Source of the DNA: Eledone cirrhosa
Lineage: Eukaryota
Direction: 5' to 3'
NCBI GenBank assembly: GCA_964016885.1
Contig: OZ024750.1
Span: 16,182,001 to 16,246,000 of the forward strand
DNA: 64,000 bases
Below, piece by piece: positions 25,735 to 40,229 of this stretch; position 1 is the stretch's first letter; each line of letters begins with the position of its first letter. The notes under the pieces were generated by a model, which searched no databases, had not been told where the DNA came from, and saw nothing but the letters and a program-made list of their open reading frames with translations. Made by a program: the position numbers and the translations under genes.

Positions 25735-26855
25735 TTGGCTCAAGGCCAGCAATTTAAAGGAAAATAGAAAGTGCGTTACTAGTTCCTTATTTTATTGACC
25801 CCATAAGGATAAAAGGCAACCCTAACCTCGGCGGAGTTTGAACTCAGAATGTAAAGAGCTGTAACGTAAGAACCCGATGCTCTACCGATTCTGCCAGATA
25901 ACGGTGGATTGGCATTATCGGTAGACGGTCGGACGCCATGCTTTGCAGCAAAGAGTTACGGCCCTTTATGGTCTGAGTTCAAATCACGTCGAGGTTAACT
26001 TTGCCTTTCATCCTTACGGGGAAGATAAAATAAAGTACCAGTAATACACTGGGATAATTGCTGGCCTTGTGCCAAAAGTAGAAACAATTATAAAATATAA
26101 GGGTCAGACGCCATGCTTTTGCGGCATTGAGTTACGGTCCTTTACGGTCTGAGTTCAAATCCCGCCGAGGTTAACTTTGCCTTTCATCCTTACGGGGTCG
26201 ATAAAATAAAGTACCAGTCAGGCACTGGGGTCGATTTAATCGACTTCCCCTCCCCCAAAATTGCTGGCATTGTGCCTATATAAGAAACCATTGTAAAATA
26301 TATGATATATAAATTAAAAGAATACATAACTTTGTTCTTATGAGCTCACAAAAACATGATGGTAAAAGAAAGAACGAAGGAGCAACATATAGTAAGAACA
26401 AAAGTATTTACTGAGGAGGTCACAGAATGCGTGACGAAAGAGCTTTAATGACAATCAGCAACTGAACAACCATCCGGTTATTAAACTAACTGACTAGGAA
26501 ATTATAATAATGAATTGAAGTGAAATTGTTTCAGAGTTATTTCCCCTTATCAAAATTGCCTACCGTATTTCTCCCGTTTCTGCAACACACTAGAAATTTT
26601 AAGAATATATAATATTCTATAAAGTATACACCAGCTGGTTAGCTTAATTTGCATACCGAGCAATTTTGCGACTGGCGTTGCTGGAAACAAATTTTGTTTT
26701 TAATTTTCGGCAAAGCCAGCCGTAAAATCGCTCGGTATGCAATCTATGTTAATCAACTGATGTATTCTCTCAGAGTTATCAGAAAAGTAAATCATGTCTG
26801 TTGACATTGCGAGTACACAAGGAACACTCTAGTGTCACATGACCCAAACGGGGCT

Positions 26856-26896
<41 letters not shown>

Positions 26897-26899
26897 TGC

Positions 26900-26953
<54 letters not shown>

Positions 26954-27572
26954 TTTTATATATAATTCTAGTCCTATTATTGTTTATTATTTTTAGCGGT
27001 GGATTGGCAGTATCGGTAGAGAGTCGGACGCCATGCTTTCCAGCATAGTTACGTCCCTTTACGGTCTGAGTTCAAATCCAGCCGAGGTTAACTTTGCCTT
27101 TCATCCTTACGGGGTCGATAAAATAAAGTACCAGTAATGTACTGGTTAGTTGCTGGTCTTGTGCCAAAAGTAGAAACAATTATTTTTAAGTAGTATCATC
27201 GGACAATATACTTCGTAGCATAGAGTATTTCTGAGATCAAATTCCACCGAGGTTAACTTTGCCTTTCATCCTTACGGGGTCGCTAAAATAAAGTACCAGT
27301 AATAGACTGGGTCGATTTAATCGACCTCCTCCGCCACAATTGCTGGCCTTGTGTTTATATAAGAAACCATTATTTTTAAGTAGTGTCGGACAACATGCTT
27401 CGTAGCATAGAGTTACGACCCTTTAAGTTCTGAGATCAAGTTCTACCGAGGTTAACTTTGCCTTTCATCATTACTTTTCGCTAAAATAAAGTACCAGTAA
27501 TACACTGGAGGAGTTTAATCGACTTCCCCTCCCCCCAAAATTGCTGGCGTTGTGCCTATAGTAGGAATCATT
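25735..27572. mobile_element. SINE cluster (25735-25897 -, 25903-26090 +, 26100-26292 +, 26996-27182 +, 27195-27372 +, 27380-27572 +)
   Basis: Same SINE body as 22095-22310. Confidence 0.85.
26521..26765. promoter_or_regulatory. Old head-to-head octamer-TATA module with a decayed hammerhead on the minus strand
   Basis: ATGCAAAT (26647-26654, -), 35 nt, TATATA (26606-26611), then UUGAUAA GGGG/CUCU GAAA CAAUU. Imperfect inverted repeat 26651-26740. Confidence 0.5.
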
Positions 27573-27667
27573 ATTTTTAAGTAGTAGTAGTAGCAGTAGT
27601 AGCAGTAGCAGTAGTAGCAGTAGTGGTAGTTGTGGTGGTGGTAGTTGTGGTAATAGTAGTAGTAGTG

Positions 27668-27698
<31 letters not shown>

Positions 27699-28043
27699 CG
27701 GTAGTAATGGTAGTAGTGGTGGTGGTAGTTGTGGTAGTGGTAGAAAAATAATCTGCAAAATATTGTTCATAATTTCTTTTATGGGTCTATTGTGTGAGTT
27801 GTGTTGCATTGTGTGTGTGTGTGTATGTGTGTGTGTCTGTGTGTGATTGTATGTGTGTGTGCCTGTGTGTGTGTATGTGTGTGTGTGTGAGAGAGAGAGA
27901 GAGCAATGGTGGGTTATGTTAGCTGAGCATGTTTGTTGTGTCACGCGGTGTCAGCTTGAGGTGAGCATGTTCCTTTTTACTGTGTGATTATATATGGGTA
28001 TATGACGTATGTATAATGCTGTATGTGTGTGCGCCCGCGCGCG

Positions 28044-28074
<31 letters not shown>

Positions 28075-28760
28075 AGAAATTAGTGGTGCGTTACTAGTGT
28101 TTTGTTATGAACCTACCATGTACCCTACAATCATTCTAATAATTGTTTCTACTTTTGGCACAAGGCCAGCAATTACCCAATGCATTACTGGTACTTTATT
28201 CTATCTAATAATGATTTCTGATTTAGGTTCAAGGCCAGCAATTTAATATATATATATATATATATATATATCAAGGGCGGTGCCCCAGCATGGCCTCAGC
28301 CGGATGGCTGAAACAGGTAAAAGAGTATATATATATATATATATATCATATTATATATATATATAATTGTTTCTACTTTTGGCACAAGGCCAACAATTAC
28401 CCAGTGTATTACTGGTACTTTATTTTATCGACCCCGTAGGGATGAAATGCAAAGATAACCTCGGCGGGATTTGAACTCAGACCGTAAAGGGACGTAACTA
28501 TGCTGGAAAGCATGGCGTCCGACCTTAAATATATATATATATATATATATCTGTCCATTTCATTATTATAAGGTTTTCCCCGCCTCTCTTTATAACAATC
28601 TCATGTTTTATATATATATATATATGTTGGCAACATGACCCTCCCAAAGTATAACAATATATATATATATATAGTAATTTTATTTTATATAGTAATGTTA
28701 TTTAGTAATGTTTATATAGTAATGTTATTTTAATAAATATATATATATATATATATATAT

Positions 28761-29360
<600 letters not shown>

Positions 29361-29810
29361 AAAGTTATATTTAAATTGTTATATTATATATCGGTGGATT
29401 GGCAGTATCTGTAGAGGGTCGGACGCCATGTTTTCCACCATAGTTACGTCCGTCCCTTTACGATCTGAGTTCAAATCCCGCCGAGGTTAACTTTGCCTTT
29501 CATCCTTACGGGGTCGATAAAATAAAGTACCAGTAATGTACTGGGTAATTACTGGCCTTGTGCCAAAAGTAGAAACAATTATATATATATATTCTCTCTC
29601 TCTCTCTATATATATATATATTACCCACTACTACCTACTACCCTAAGTATTGAGTACGCTGGTGCGTTATGGTCCATCTGGTTACTTACCACACTTCTTT
29701 CGTTATATATATATATATATATATAGGAACGAGTAGGACCCCGACGGCTGAACTCAAGACGTTTCGACGGCTAATTCTGGACTACCTGGTTCCTTACCAC
29801 ATTTCCTTCG

Positions 29811-29851
<41 letters not shown>

Positions 29852-29995
29852 TATATTATATATATATATATTATATATATATATGTAGGAGGTGAGTTTT
29901 ATTGTAGTACAATAAAGCAATGCAGATATCGGATATGTTGATTTAAAACTGCACTATCCACAAGTGTTTTTTCGCCTTCATATCACGTTCTCCTG

Positions 29996-30062
29996 TTTTA
30001 TCTGATGAAAACACAAATATTATTGCATGATGATGTTTGTTTTTGAAATGCGCATAATAAAA
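29996..30062 (+). ncRNA. Type I hammerhead
   Basis: UUUUAU CUGAUGA AAA-C-ACAAAUAU...AUGUUUGU-U-UUU GAAA UGCGCA UA AUAAAA, with palindromic stem III AUGCGCAU. Confidence 0.88.
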
Positions 30063-31819
30063 TACATGGAACTCCTTTAACCATCTTTTGATCTTATATT
30101 ATTATATATATATATATATATATATATAAAGAATATTTACTATCGGAGGCTAGACTGATTTTTCCCTTGTCTCCGAAACATGTGGAGTGTATTTTCCAAA
30201 TATAATTCTGTGATATAAATGGTATTTCGATGAAAACTATCATCATCATCAACATTATCATCATCATCTATTAGGAATCTCTACGCTATCTCCCGGGTAT
30301 TGTACTACTACATTCTACCGTGTCAAATAATGTTTATGTAACTAATATGAACGATCAAAGGAAATAGATTTGATTCGATTAAAGCCATGCCCGACAAACA
30401 GGCACCACCATCAAACCAACACTGGGATGTTTACCTAGCATTAGATTGCATTAATTCCATTGCCATCAGTTACTTCATAACAGGACTGGCAGAATCGGTA
30501 GAATCTTGGCCAAAAGTCTTTGTGATATTTCTTCAATCCCTTTACGTTTTGAGTTCAATTTTGCTTTTCATCTTTTTGAGGTCATTTGAGGTCATCAAAA
30601 ATAAAGATAATAATAATTGTTTCTACTTTTGGCACAAGGCCAGCAATTATTCCAGTGCATTACTGGTACTTTATTTTATCGACCCCGTAAGGATGAAAGG
30701 CAAAGTCAACCTCGGCGGGATTTGAACTCAGATCGTAAAGGGACGTAACTATGCTGGAAAGCATGGCGTCCGACCCTCCACCGATACTCACCAGCCCAGT
30801 ACTGCAGTTGATTCGTCCTCCTCCATATATCTTTCTCGTTTCCTTGGTCCGATCTGATAATTGGGAGTTGTGAACGGTAGATAGCCTAGCAATGGAACGA
30901 CCAATAGTCCAGAAATAGCCGTCGAAACTGCTTGAGCTCTGCCGTCGGAGTCATACCTTTTCCTATTTTCCACTCTACTACCCTAAGTATTGAGTACTCT
31001 GGTGCGTTATGGTCCATCTGGTTCCTTACCACAATTCCTTTATAATATTTATAATATAATATATATGTCCGAACAGGGAGAGCCGAACTCCCACCGTCAT
31101 CGCCTCTATCTCTCTCACCCTCTCCATCTCTCTGTATAGTGAGCAAATGGGGTCCCACGTGTTGGCCGCCCCACAGCCCCGGCGGACAGAATGGGGAAGG
31201 CACCACCAATAGAAATATTGTTTCCTTGGTCCGATCTAACGATTTGGTATTTTCTTCTGCCAGAAGTTGCGAACGACAGATAGTATCAGCAATGTAAAAT
31301 AGAACAAAAACAATGGAAACATTGTTTCCTTGGTCCAGTTAAACGATCAGCTTCTTCCCTTTATTAATCTTTATTATTTTTTTTATTTTGGTGGATTGGC
31401 AGTATCAGTAGAGGGTCGGACGCCATGCTTTCCAGCATAGTTACGTCCCTTTACGATCTGAGTTCAAATCCCGCCGAGGTTGACTTTGCCTTTCATCCTT
31501 ACGGGGTCGATAAAATAAAGTACCAGTAATGCACTGGGTATTTGCTGGACTTGTGCCTAAAGTAGAAACAATTATTTTTTTTATTTTTACAAATAAAGAT
31601 CAAACCATTGCTATTGCATCAGCCGTAACACCAGCTTCTGTTGCTTCCGATTAAAACAATAAAGGTCAAGGTCAAACGTCAAAGGTCATAGATGAAAGGG
31701 TTCAACAGTTTATATCTGGATTCCAAGACAATAGCTATTGTTGTGGAATATTATTGATTCTTCATTACTTCGTGACGTTTGAAGAACAGGAATAATTCTT
31801 CTAATTTGGTATCTTTTTG

Positions 31820-31874
31820 ATGTCGTCGTTGTTGTTGTTGTTGTTGTTGTTGGTGGTGGTGGTGCTGTCGTTGA

Positions 31875-31905
<31 letters not shown>

Positions 31906-31981
31906 GCTGTCGTTGATGTTGTTGTTGTTATTGTTGTTGTTGTTGTTGGTGCTGTCGTTGATGTTGTTGTTGTTATTGTCG

Positions 31982-32013
<32 letters not shown>

Positions 32014-32162
32014 GGTGGTGGTGGTGGTGCTGCTGTCGTTGATGTTGTTGTTGTTGTTGTTGTTGCTGTTGGTGGTGGTGGTGGTGGTGGTGGTGGTGGT
32101 GGTGCTGCTGCTGTCGTTGTTGTTGTTGTTGTTGTTGTTGGTGGTGGTGGTGCTGTCGTTGA

Positions 32163-32205
<43 letters not shown>

Positions 32206-32554
32206 GCTGTTGGTGGTGGTGGTGGTGGTGGTGCTAGTGCTATCGTTGATGTTGTTGTTGTTGTTGTTGTTGTTGTTGGCGGTGGTGGTGGTGGTGTTGT
32301 CGTTGATGTTGTTGTTGTTGTTGATGTTGTCGTTGTTGTTGTTGTTGGTGGTGCTGCTTCTGCCGTTGTTGTTGTTGCTGTTGTTGCTGTTGTTGTTGTT
32401 GTTGTTGTTGTTCATCTTAATCTGTTTACGTCTTCTTATGAAGGTGGACATGATTTCACCTCTATGACGATCCGTGACATTTCAACGGAAATATTGTGGA
32501 GCACTCGCAGTTGTGTGTCTGAACAGCACTCTCCTGTTAAACAGTATATATATA

Positions 32555-32586
<32 letters not shown>

Positions 32587-32648
32587 GACTACTACGACTG
32601 CTGCTACTACTACTATTACTACTACGACTGCTGCTGCTGCTGCTGCTG

Positions 32649-32709
<61 letters not shown>

Positions 32710-32732
32710 GACTGCTGCTGCTGCTGCTGCTG

Positions 32733-32782
<50 letters not shown>

Positions 32783-32915
32783 GCTGCTACTACTACTATT
32801 ACTACTACGACTGCTGCTGCTGCTGCTGCTGCTGCTGCTACTACTACTACTACTACTACTACTACGACTGCTGCTGCTGCTACTACTACTACTACTACTA
32901 CTACGACTGTTGCTG

Positions 32916-32991
<76 letters not shown>

Positions 32992-33023
32992 GACTGCTGC
33001 TGCTGCTGCTGCTGCTACTACTA

Positions 33024-33106
<83 letters not shown>

Positions 33107-33402
33107 ATATATATATATATATATATCACACATTGACCGACGTTTTATACGAAATACACACCAGCCATAATTTAATGAATGTTGCGAAGGTGTATCGATG
33201 TACGCGCACACACACACACACATGCGCACACACGCAGACACATGCACACACAAGGATATGTATTTATGTATGTATGTATATATGTATGTATGTATGTATC
33301 TATGTATGCATGTATCTATGTGTGTATTTATGTACGTATCTATCTATCTTTATACATAGAGGACCGCGAGGAGCGAGAAAGAGAGAAAGAGAGAGAGAGA
33401 GG

Positions 33403-33434
<32 letters not shown>

Positions 33435-33589
33435 AGAGAGAAAGAGAGAGAGAGAGAGAAAGAGAGAGTGGAAGCAAGAAAGAAGGGAGAGAACGAAATT
33501 ATTGGCTTCCTATTTCACCTTCAAAGCGGTTCTAAAAGGATACGGAATTAATTGGGAATTTGCATGTCTGACTAATGAAAAATAAACAA

Positions 33590-33636
<47 letters not shown>

Positions 33637-33673
33637 GACTGCTGCTGCTGCTGCTACTACTACTACAACTACA

Positions 33674-33717
<44 letters not shown>

Positions 33718-33746
33718 CACTACTGCTGCTGCTGCTGCTGCTGCTG

Positions 33747-33803
<57 letters not shown>
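31820..33803. repeat. Compound (GTT/GGT), (TAC/TGC) and (GA) microsatellites
   Basis: Visible. Confidence 0.95.
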
Positions 33804-34254
33804 TGTATTCTGACAGATATGTCGTCAACCACAGAAGAACGCCTGAAAATCCATCGAAGACCTCTCAATGTCCAAGGATCAAGAAATGGAAACATGTCGG
33901 TTATAGATCGAATGTATAAGAACAGCACCGATAATAAACGGTGCATTGGATTGGATATGATACTGTAATTCCATTGCCCCACGGAGAGAACAGACATTTG
34001 TTTATCTTTTCAATGCGAGGCTTATAAACTGTAGTTATATCTCCATTTAAATCATCTTATATTTTCAAATATACACTTTGTTGTACATAAATAGTAAAGT
34101 CAGGGCTAACACACGTAATTTGACCTGCGCGATGACGTTAATTAATTAATCAAGATTGAAATGTTTTATTTGGTTGGTTGCTTCAATAAAGAGAGGAGAG
34201 GTGGAGTGGGGAAGGGTGAAGGATATTATAATTACTATTCACTGTATATATATT

Positions 34255-34285
<31 letters not shown>

Positions 34286-34301
34286 TCGTTCCTTGTTTCC
34301 T

Positions 34302-34343
<42 letters not shown>

Positions 34344-34384
34344 ATATTAAATAAATGGAAACTATATTTATAAAACCATATTTA

Positions 34385-34441
34385 TTCTATTATATATATT
34401 TCAAGGGTACCAAAACTATGGTACGCTTTCATCACATAAAA
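34385..34441 (-). ncRNA. Hammerhead with a C3-to-G core mutation (28.8 kb family)
   Basis: UUUAU GUGAUGA AAG-C-GUACCA..UGGUAC-C-CUU GAAA UAUAUA UA AUAGA. Confidence 0.7.
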
Positions 34442-34720
34442 TACAAAGTTTGTTTTATAAATTTTGACAATAAATTTTGACAATATATATAGATATATAT
34501 AAATATAAATTCAGCGAGAATCACATTTCGGCAGGTAGAAAAAGCGAAACGTAACCCAAATTCCAAGTCATGCTGGCAAGCGCTCCATGGGCTAAAAAGA
34601 CCAGAGCAATAAACATAGGTTATAAAGGCCATACAAACTGAGAAGGCGGTTAAGAAGCCATTAACCACCTAAGCCAAAAAACAAGTCAGGCTAAACAGGT
34701 CAGAGAAAATAAATGACATA

Positions 34721-34865
<145 letters not shown>

Positions 34866-35593
34866 ATGATAATAAGGGCGCTGCGGAGTTGCAAATGGGT
34901 TACATATGAAAAAAGTTTGTCCTTCATCAGTGATCTTCCAACCATCATAGGCATTTCATCGCTTTAAAGACCATATACCTCCGGTTGGTGCGAGCAACGG
35001 CTAAAAAAAGTCGTTGGGACACGTAAATAAAGGGGACGCGAGGGTAAACAAACAAAATGGTTAAGCAACAGAAAGTGAGGAAGAAAGAGACAAGTCCCAG
35101 ATTTCTATGAATTTAAATTCGGTGAAATCGTGAACGAGAGAATAAAGACCATCAAACCTGGTTGAAATGTGAGCAAGGAAGGAATTTCGCACAGGTCTAA
35201 CGGGAGGAAGAAGGGGTCTGGTCTGCGAATTCGGTAAACATAAGTTCTGTGAAATCGTAGACGAGAGAGAGAAAAAATTCATACCAGCTTGGCCAGCGTG
35301 CGAGAGAAGAGAATTACACACAGGTCAAACGGGAAGAAAGAGGAGGAGGAGAGGTAGTGACAGAGAATGAGTGAGTGAAGGGTGAGGAAGAGGCTAACAG
35401 AGAGAGAGAGACTGCTAGAAAGGGTAAAGATACATAGAACGAAAAAGACAGAGTAACTGCCGACCTGGTGCCAAAAGTAGAAACAATTATTATCCTCATT
35501 TGCGTTGGGACGTACATATATTATTTCATTTCACGAATTTTTTAAACGTTAATTTCTTTATATCTATTTTCTATGTTATATTTATATCAATTA

Positions 35594-36501
35594 CTAGCGG
35601 TGGTACCCGGCGTTGCACGGGATAAGGTATTTTGGAACGCGGGCCACCAACAGACCTAATCGTGGAAAAACTGCATGCCTGGACAATATCTAAAGAAAAT
35701 AAACTGAATACTCTGATGGTTGGATAATCTTTAAGATTTTCCTCGATGAAGCAGGAAAAATGCAGGTTTTCAGCTAATGCGGGCCCTAGGGGATCAAGAA
35801 AATGAATTTTTTTTTATGTGCATAATATGCCTTGAAATTTCGGGAAAATCGGCTAGACGTAACGCCTCAAAAAAGCCCTAAAAAGCTGAAAAAAAGGAAG
35901 TTTTTCACCTTATGCGGGCCCTAGGTCATAAAAAAGTTGGATTTTCTTTGCTCACGGTATGAAGAGACTGACTATTACATAGTTACAATTTCAAGGAAAT
36001 CAGTCTGACGTAACGACTCAAAAAGCCCTAAAAACCTGAAAAGAAAACGCAGTTTTTCAACTAATGCGGGCTCTAGGGAATCAAAAAGTTGAATTTTTTT
36101 ATATGCATAACACTCCCTGAAACATAAGTAATACACATGTAAAGTTTGAAAAAAGTCGGTTAGGGATTCAAACTCACAGACACACACACACACATCCTCA
36201 GGGAAGTGACATAATGCAGACAGTCAGACATACAGACAGATATTATAAGGGTGCGACGTTATATGTATGTATGTATCTATCTAAAAAGAGAAAGACTAAG
36301 AATTATAGAGAGAGATCGTTAAATCGCCTAATGCGCTCCCCTAGGGCATTGACAATTTCAAATTTTTTTTTGCTCAGAAGACTCCCTGAAACATAAGTAT
36401 TACACGTGTAAAGTTTGAAAACAGTCGGTTGTGTCGTTCTCGAGTTTTAGGGATTCAAACTCACACACACAGACAGACATCCTCAGTTTTATATATATAG
36501 A
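35594..36501 (-). mobile_element. Non-autonomous Helitron
   Basis: Minus strand starts A|TCTATATATATAAAA and ends with hairpin CCCGTGCAACGCCGGG, 8 nt, CTAG|T. Internal ~140-150 bp imperfect repeats. Confidence 0.85.
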
Positions 36502-37084
36502 TATGCTACATCATTCTTTGCAGCACAGAGTTACGGCGCTTTACGTTCTGAGATTCAAATCTCGCCGAGGTTAGCTTTGCCTTTCATCCTTACGGGGTCG
36601 ATAAAATAAAGTACCAGTAATGCAGTGGGATAATTGCTGGCCTTGTGCCAAAAGGTATCTATATCAATTATATTGGGGATCTACACGATAAACACACCCA
36701 GTACACCCCTTAAAGTGGTGTTTGATAGGAAAGGCATCAAGCTGCAAAAAAACCTGCCCCCCCCCCCCCCCGCAAAAAAAAAGTGTCGGGATACATCTTC
36801 AGCTCTGTCAAAGACACCTGACAACTTCCCTAATGTTGGTGTCATGATAAAATGCATTCGGAAGTGCGGCGCGGGCTGCTATATATACGAGTTGCGGGCC
36901 GCCGACCGCTGGCTGCCCTGTCTGAGCACTTGGTAGAGAGAGAGCAGGAAGTTATGCTAGTGAGATGCTGGCGTCTGGTCCACCGTCGTGTCAGTAGCTT
37001 GGCTTTGCGTACCAACCCAGTCTGCAGATGACCCATCAAACCTTTGCTAGCAAGGGAAAGCGGCCATTAAATGATGTCTATGCA

Positions 37085-37630
37085 CCCGTCTGCCTCTTTG
37101 TCTCTCTGCCTCTCTGTCTGTCTCTCTGGGAGTCTGTCTGTCTGTCTGTCTATCTATCTGTCTGTCTGTCTGCCAATCTTTCTGTCTGCCTGTCTATCTG
37201 CCTGTCTATCTGTCTGCCTGTCTATCTATCTGTCTATCTGTCTGTCTGCCTGTCTATATGTCTGTCTGTCTACCAATCTTTCTATCTGCCTGTCTATCTG
37301 CCTGTCTATCTGTCTGTCTATCTGTCTGCCTGTCTATCTGTCTGTCTATCTGTCTATCTATCTATCTGTCTATCTGTCTGCCTGTCTATCTGTCTGTCTG
37401 TCTACCAATCTTTCTGTCTGCCTGCCTGTCTGCCTGTCTGACCGTGTATCTGTCTGTCTGCCTATCTATCTGTCTGTCTGTCTACCAATCTTTCTGTCTG
37501 CCTGTCTATCTATCTATCTGTCTGTCTATCTGTCTGTCTGTCTACCAATCTGACTGTCTGCCTGTCTATCTATCTATCTGCCTGTCTATCTGTCTGCCTG
37601 TCTATCTGCCTGTCTATCTGCCTGTCTATA
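37085..37630 (+). repeat. (TCTG/TCTA/CCTG)n compound microsatellite
   Basis: Visible; resumes at 38870-38935 after the LINE insertion. Confidence 0.95.
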
Positions 37631-38868
37631 GCCAAAACGCTCGCCAAAATGGAGCGCGCCCTCTTCCGATTCCTTTGGAAGAGGCGGGCTCCTTTGGTAA
37701 GAAGATCCATCTGCTGCCAACACCCTTCTAACGGAGGGCTGGGGATGCCGTGGTTGACGATGCGCAAACACGCGCTCAGGCTGCGGCATCTCTACGTATT
37801 CCTCACCGGACAACCGGTGTGGGCCCCGTTCGTGAGGCGAGCCTTCCCACGACTCGTCTCACTGACCGAGCTGCAGTCCTGGGTCAAGCAGAGACCGAGG
37901 AAAATGGGCGACTGGCACATCGAATGTGCTCAGGCGCTCACAGCCCTCTGGCAGGCGGACCCGGCGATCAGTGGAGACTCCACTTCGTCATTCTATAGAG
38001 GGTTGGTCCGCAGCAAGTGCGACGACGCGCTCGGTGAAACTCTAGGCGTGGAGGAAGATGAACTGGCCAGTCTGTTCGGTAGGACCTTCCGCCCGGGACC
38101 GATGGACAACTTCCAAAAGTCCCTGGCCTGGCAGTGCTACCGAGGAGCTCTACCAGTTCGAGACAAGCTCTACAGACATGGGCGCCCGGGCAGGGACCCT
38201 GCAAAAAAGATCTGTCCGAGGTGCGTGCGAGACGAAGAAACCGTCGCGCACGCATTCATACACTGCCCGGGCGTCACTGACCTGTGGGGCTATGTAGAAC
38301 GACTATTGTCGCGGGTGGGACCAATCCAGTTGACCACCGAGTCCATTGTCATGATCAAACCGCCACCCTCCTTCAAAAACGAAGGAGAGGCGGTTTTCCT
38401 TTTGTGTGATAGCTATGGCGAAAGAGGTTGTATGGTGGACAAGGTTGAAAGGGCTGAGGTCAGACACCTTTCTCTCCGGCCAACAACTGATTCTTTTTTT
38501 CAAATACCACTTTGGAAGAAGAATCAGGATGGAGAGAGAGGTGCTGTACCCCAGCAAGTTTTATGAAAGGTGGGTGAAAGTGGCGAGAATGGCCCGAGTG
38601 AATGGGCCTTCTCTCTATATCAGCCTGTAGGTTGAGGAAAAGAAGGAGGAGAGGAAAGGAGTACAAGCTCTTCGTACTCCTGGAGATGAGGGTTGCACAT
38701 TTTTTTCGGGGGTATGTGTTACCCATATAAACTGTCTCCCTCTATTGGGGAAAATCGACTAACTTTTAAATTCCATCTGTGATAACATTTTACACGTTTT
38801 TATTGTATGTAAACTTCCCCCTTTGTATTTGTCCCCTTCTTTTGTGCCCCTGTGGCTAATAAAGAAAT
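37631..38868 (+). mobile_element. 5'-truncated Tx1/L1-clade LINE (ORF2 C-terminus with CCHC zf-RVT, one frameshift near 38400)
   Basis: FRFLW...GGLGMP...W..YRGALPVRDKL...CPRC..DEETVAHAFIHCP...W. Stop at 38628-38630; AATAAA at 38858-38863. Confidence 0.88.
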
Positions 38869-39099
38869 ATATCTATCTATCTGTCTGTCTGTCTGCCTGT
38901 CTATCTATCTGCCTGTCTGCCTGTCTGCCTGTCTATCCGGGACTTGGATGGAGATAAGGACGAGGAGCGGGGATGGAAAGAAAGATTGTTTTCATTAAAT
39001 CACCATTGTCGTGTTTACCTAACCAGATGGAGATGTCACGATTATTAATTATAAATTTGGCGTTGATTGATATCGGTGTGTACATACGTGTATATATAT

Positions 39100-39214
<115 letters not shown>

Positions 39215-39263
39215 GACACACACACATATATATATATATACATATATATATAATTCCTATTTC

Positions 39264-39340
<77 letters not shown>

Positions 39341-39385
39341 CACACACACAGACATATATATATATATATATATAATTCCTATTTC

Positions 39386-39420
<35 letters not shown>

Positions 39421-39528
39421 GACACACATAAATACAAACGTACACACGTATACACACACACACACTCATACAAATACATATGCATATATATATATATATG
39501 TATGCACATTCTAATTGTACATACGTGT

Positions 39529-39580
<52 letters not shown>

Positions 39581-40229
39581 ATATATATATATATATACAT
39601 ATACACACACACAGACACATAAATACATACGTACAAACATACACACACTCATACAAATACATATACATATACATACATATATATGTATGTATGTATGCCC
39701 ATTCTAATTTTTGTTTCTAATGCTTTAGCTCCCGCCTCGCCGCTAGGTAATAGTCATGTCTTGTGGTGTTGCCTTGTGTTATAGTGTATGTTGTTTGTTG
39801 TGTGGTGTTGTTCTGTACTCAAGTCAACTTTCGCCGCTATCGTTGGCAGCCATCTTAATTTACTGTTCAAAAATGTCACAAACAAAATAACTATCTGTAT
39901 CTAGAGAGTAAATCAAATGTTAAGCTGTTGTTTTATATTACATTACAGTTATAAAGTGTGATTACATTCTGCAATGGAAACTACTCATTAGATCTTTCAA
40001 CAAATCATGCTTTATTGATTAAGAAGGATTAACGTCCTTGTTGTTCTGTTTTAACCCTCGGGTCAAATTTGATCGATTAAACTTATGATTTAGCCAGATC
40101 GGAGGGAGGGTTAGGGTTGGCGAACGGAGCCACTTGGTATAGGCTTACGATTTTAGGAGCCCTATTCACCACAAGTTCAAGATCTGTTATTCTGTTCTGT
40201 TACTTTTAAGTAAATCATGAACGGTTGGA

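Noticed and set aside
31801-32451. Asn/Thr-rich 216-aa ORF
   Set aside because: Almost entirely triplet repeat, open on both strands, with only a few unique residues.
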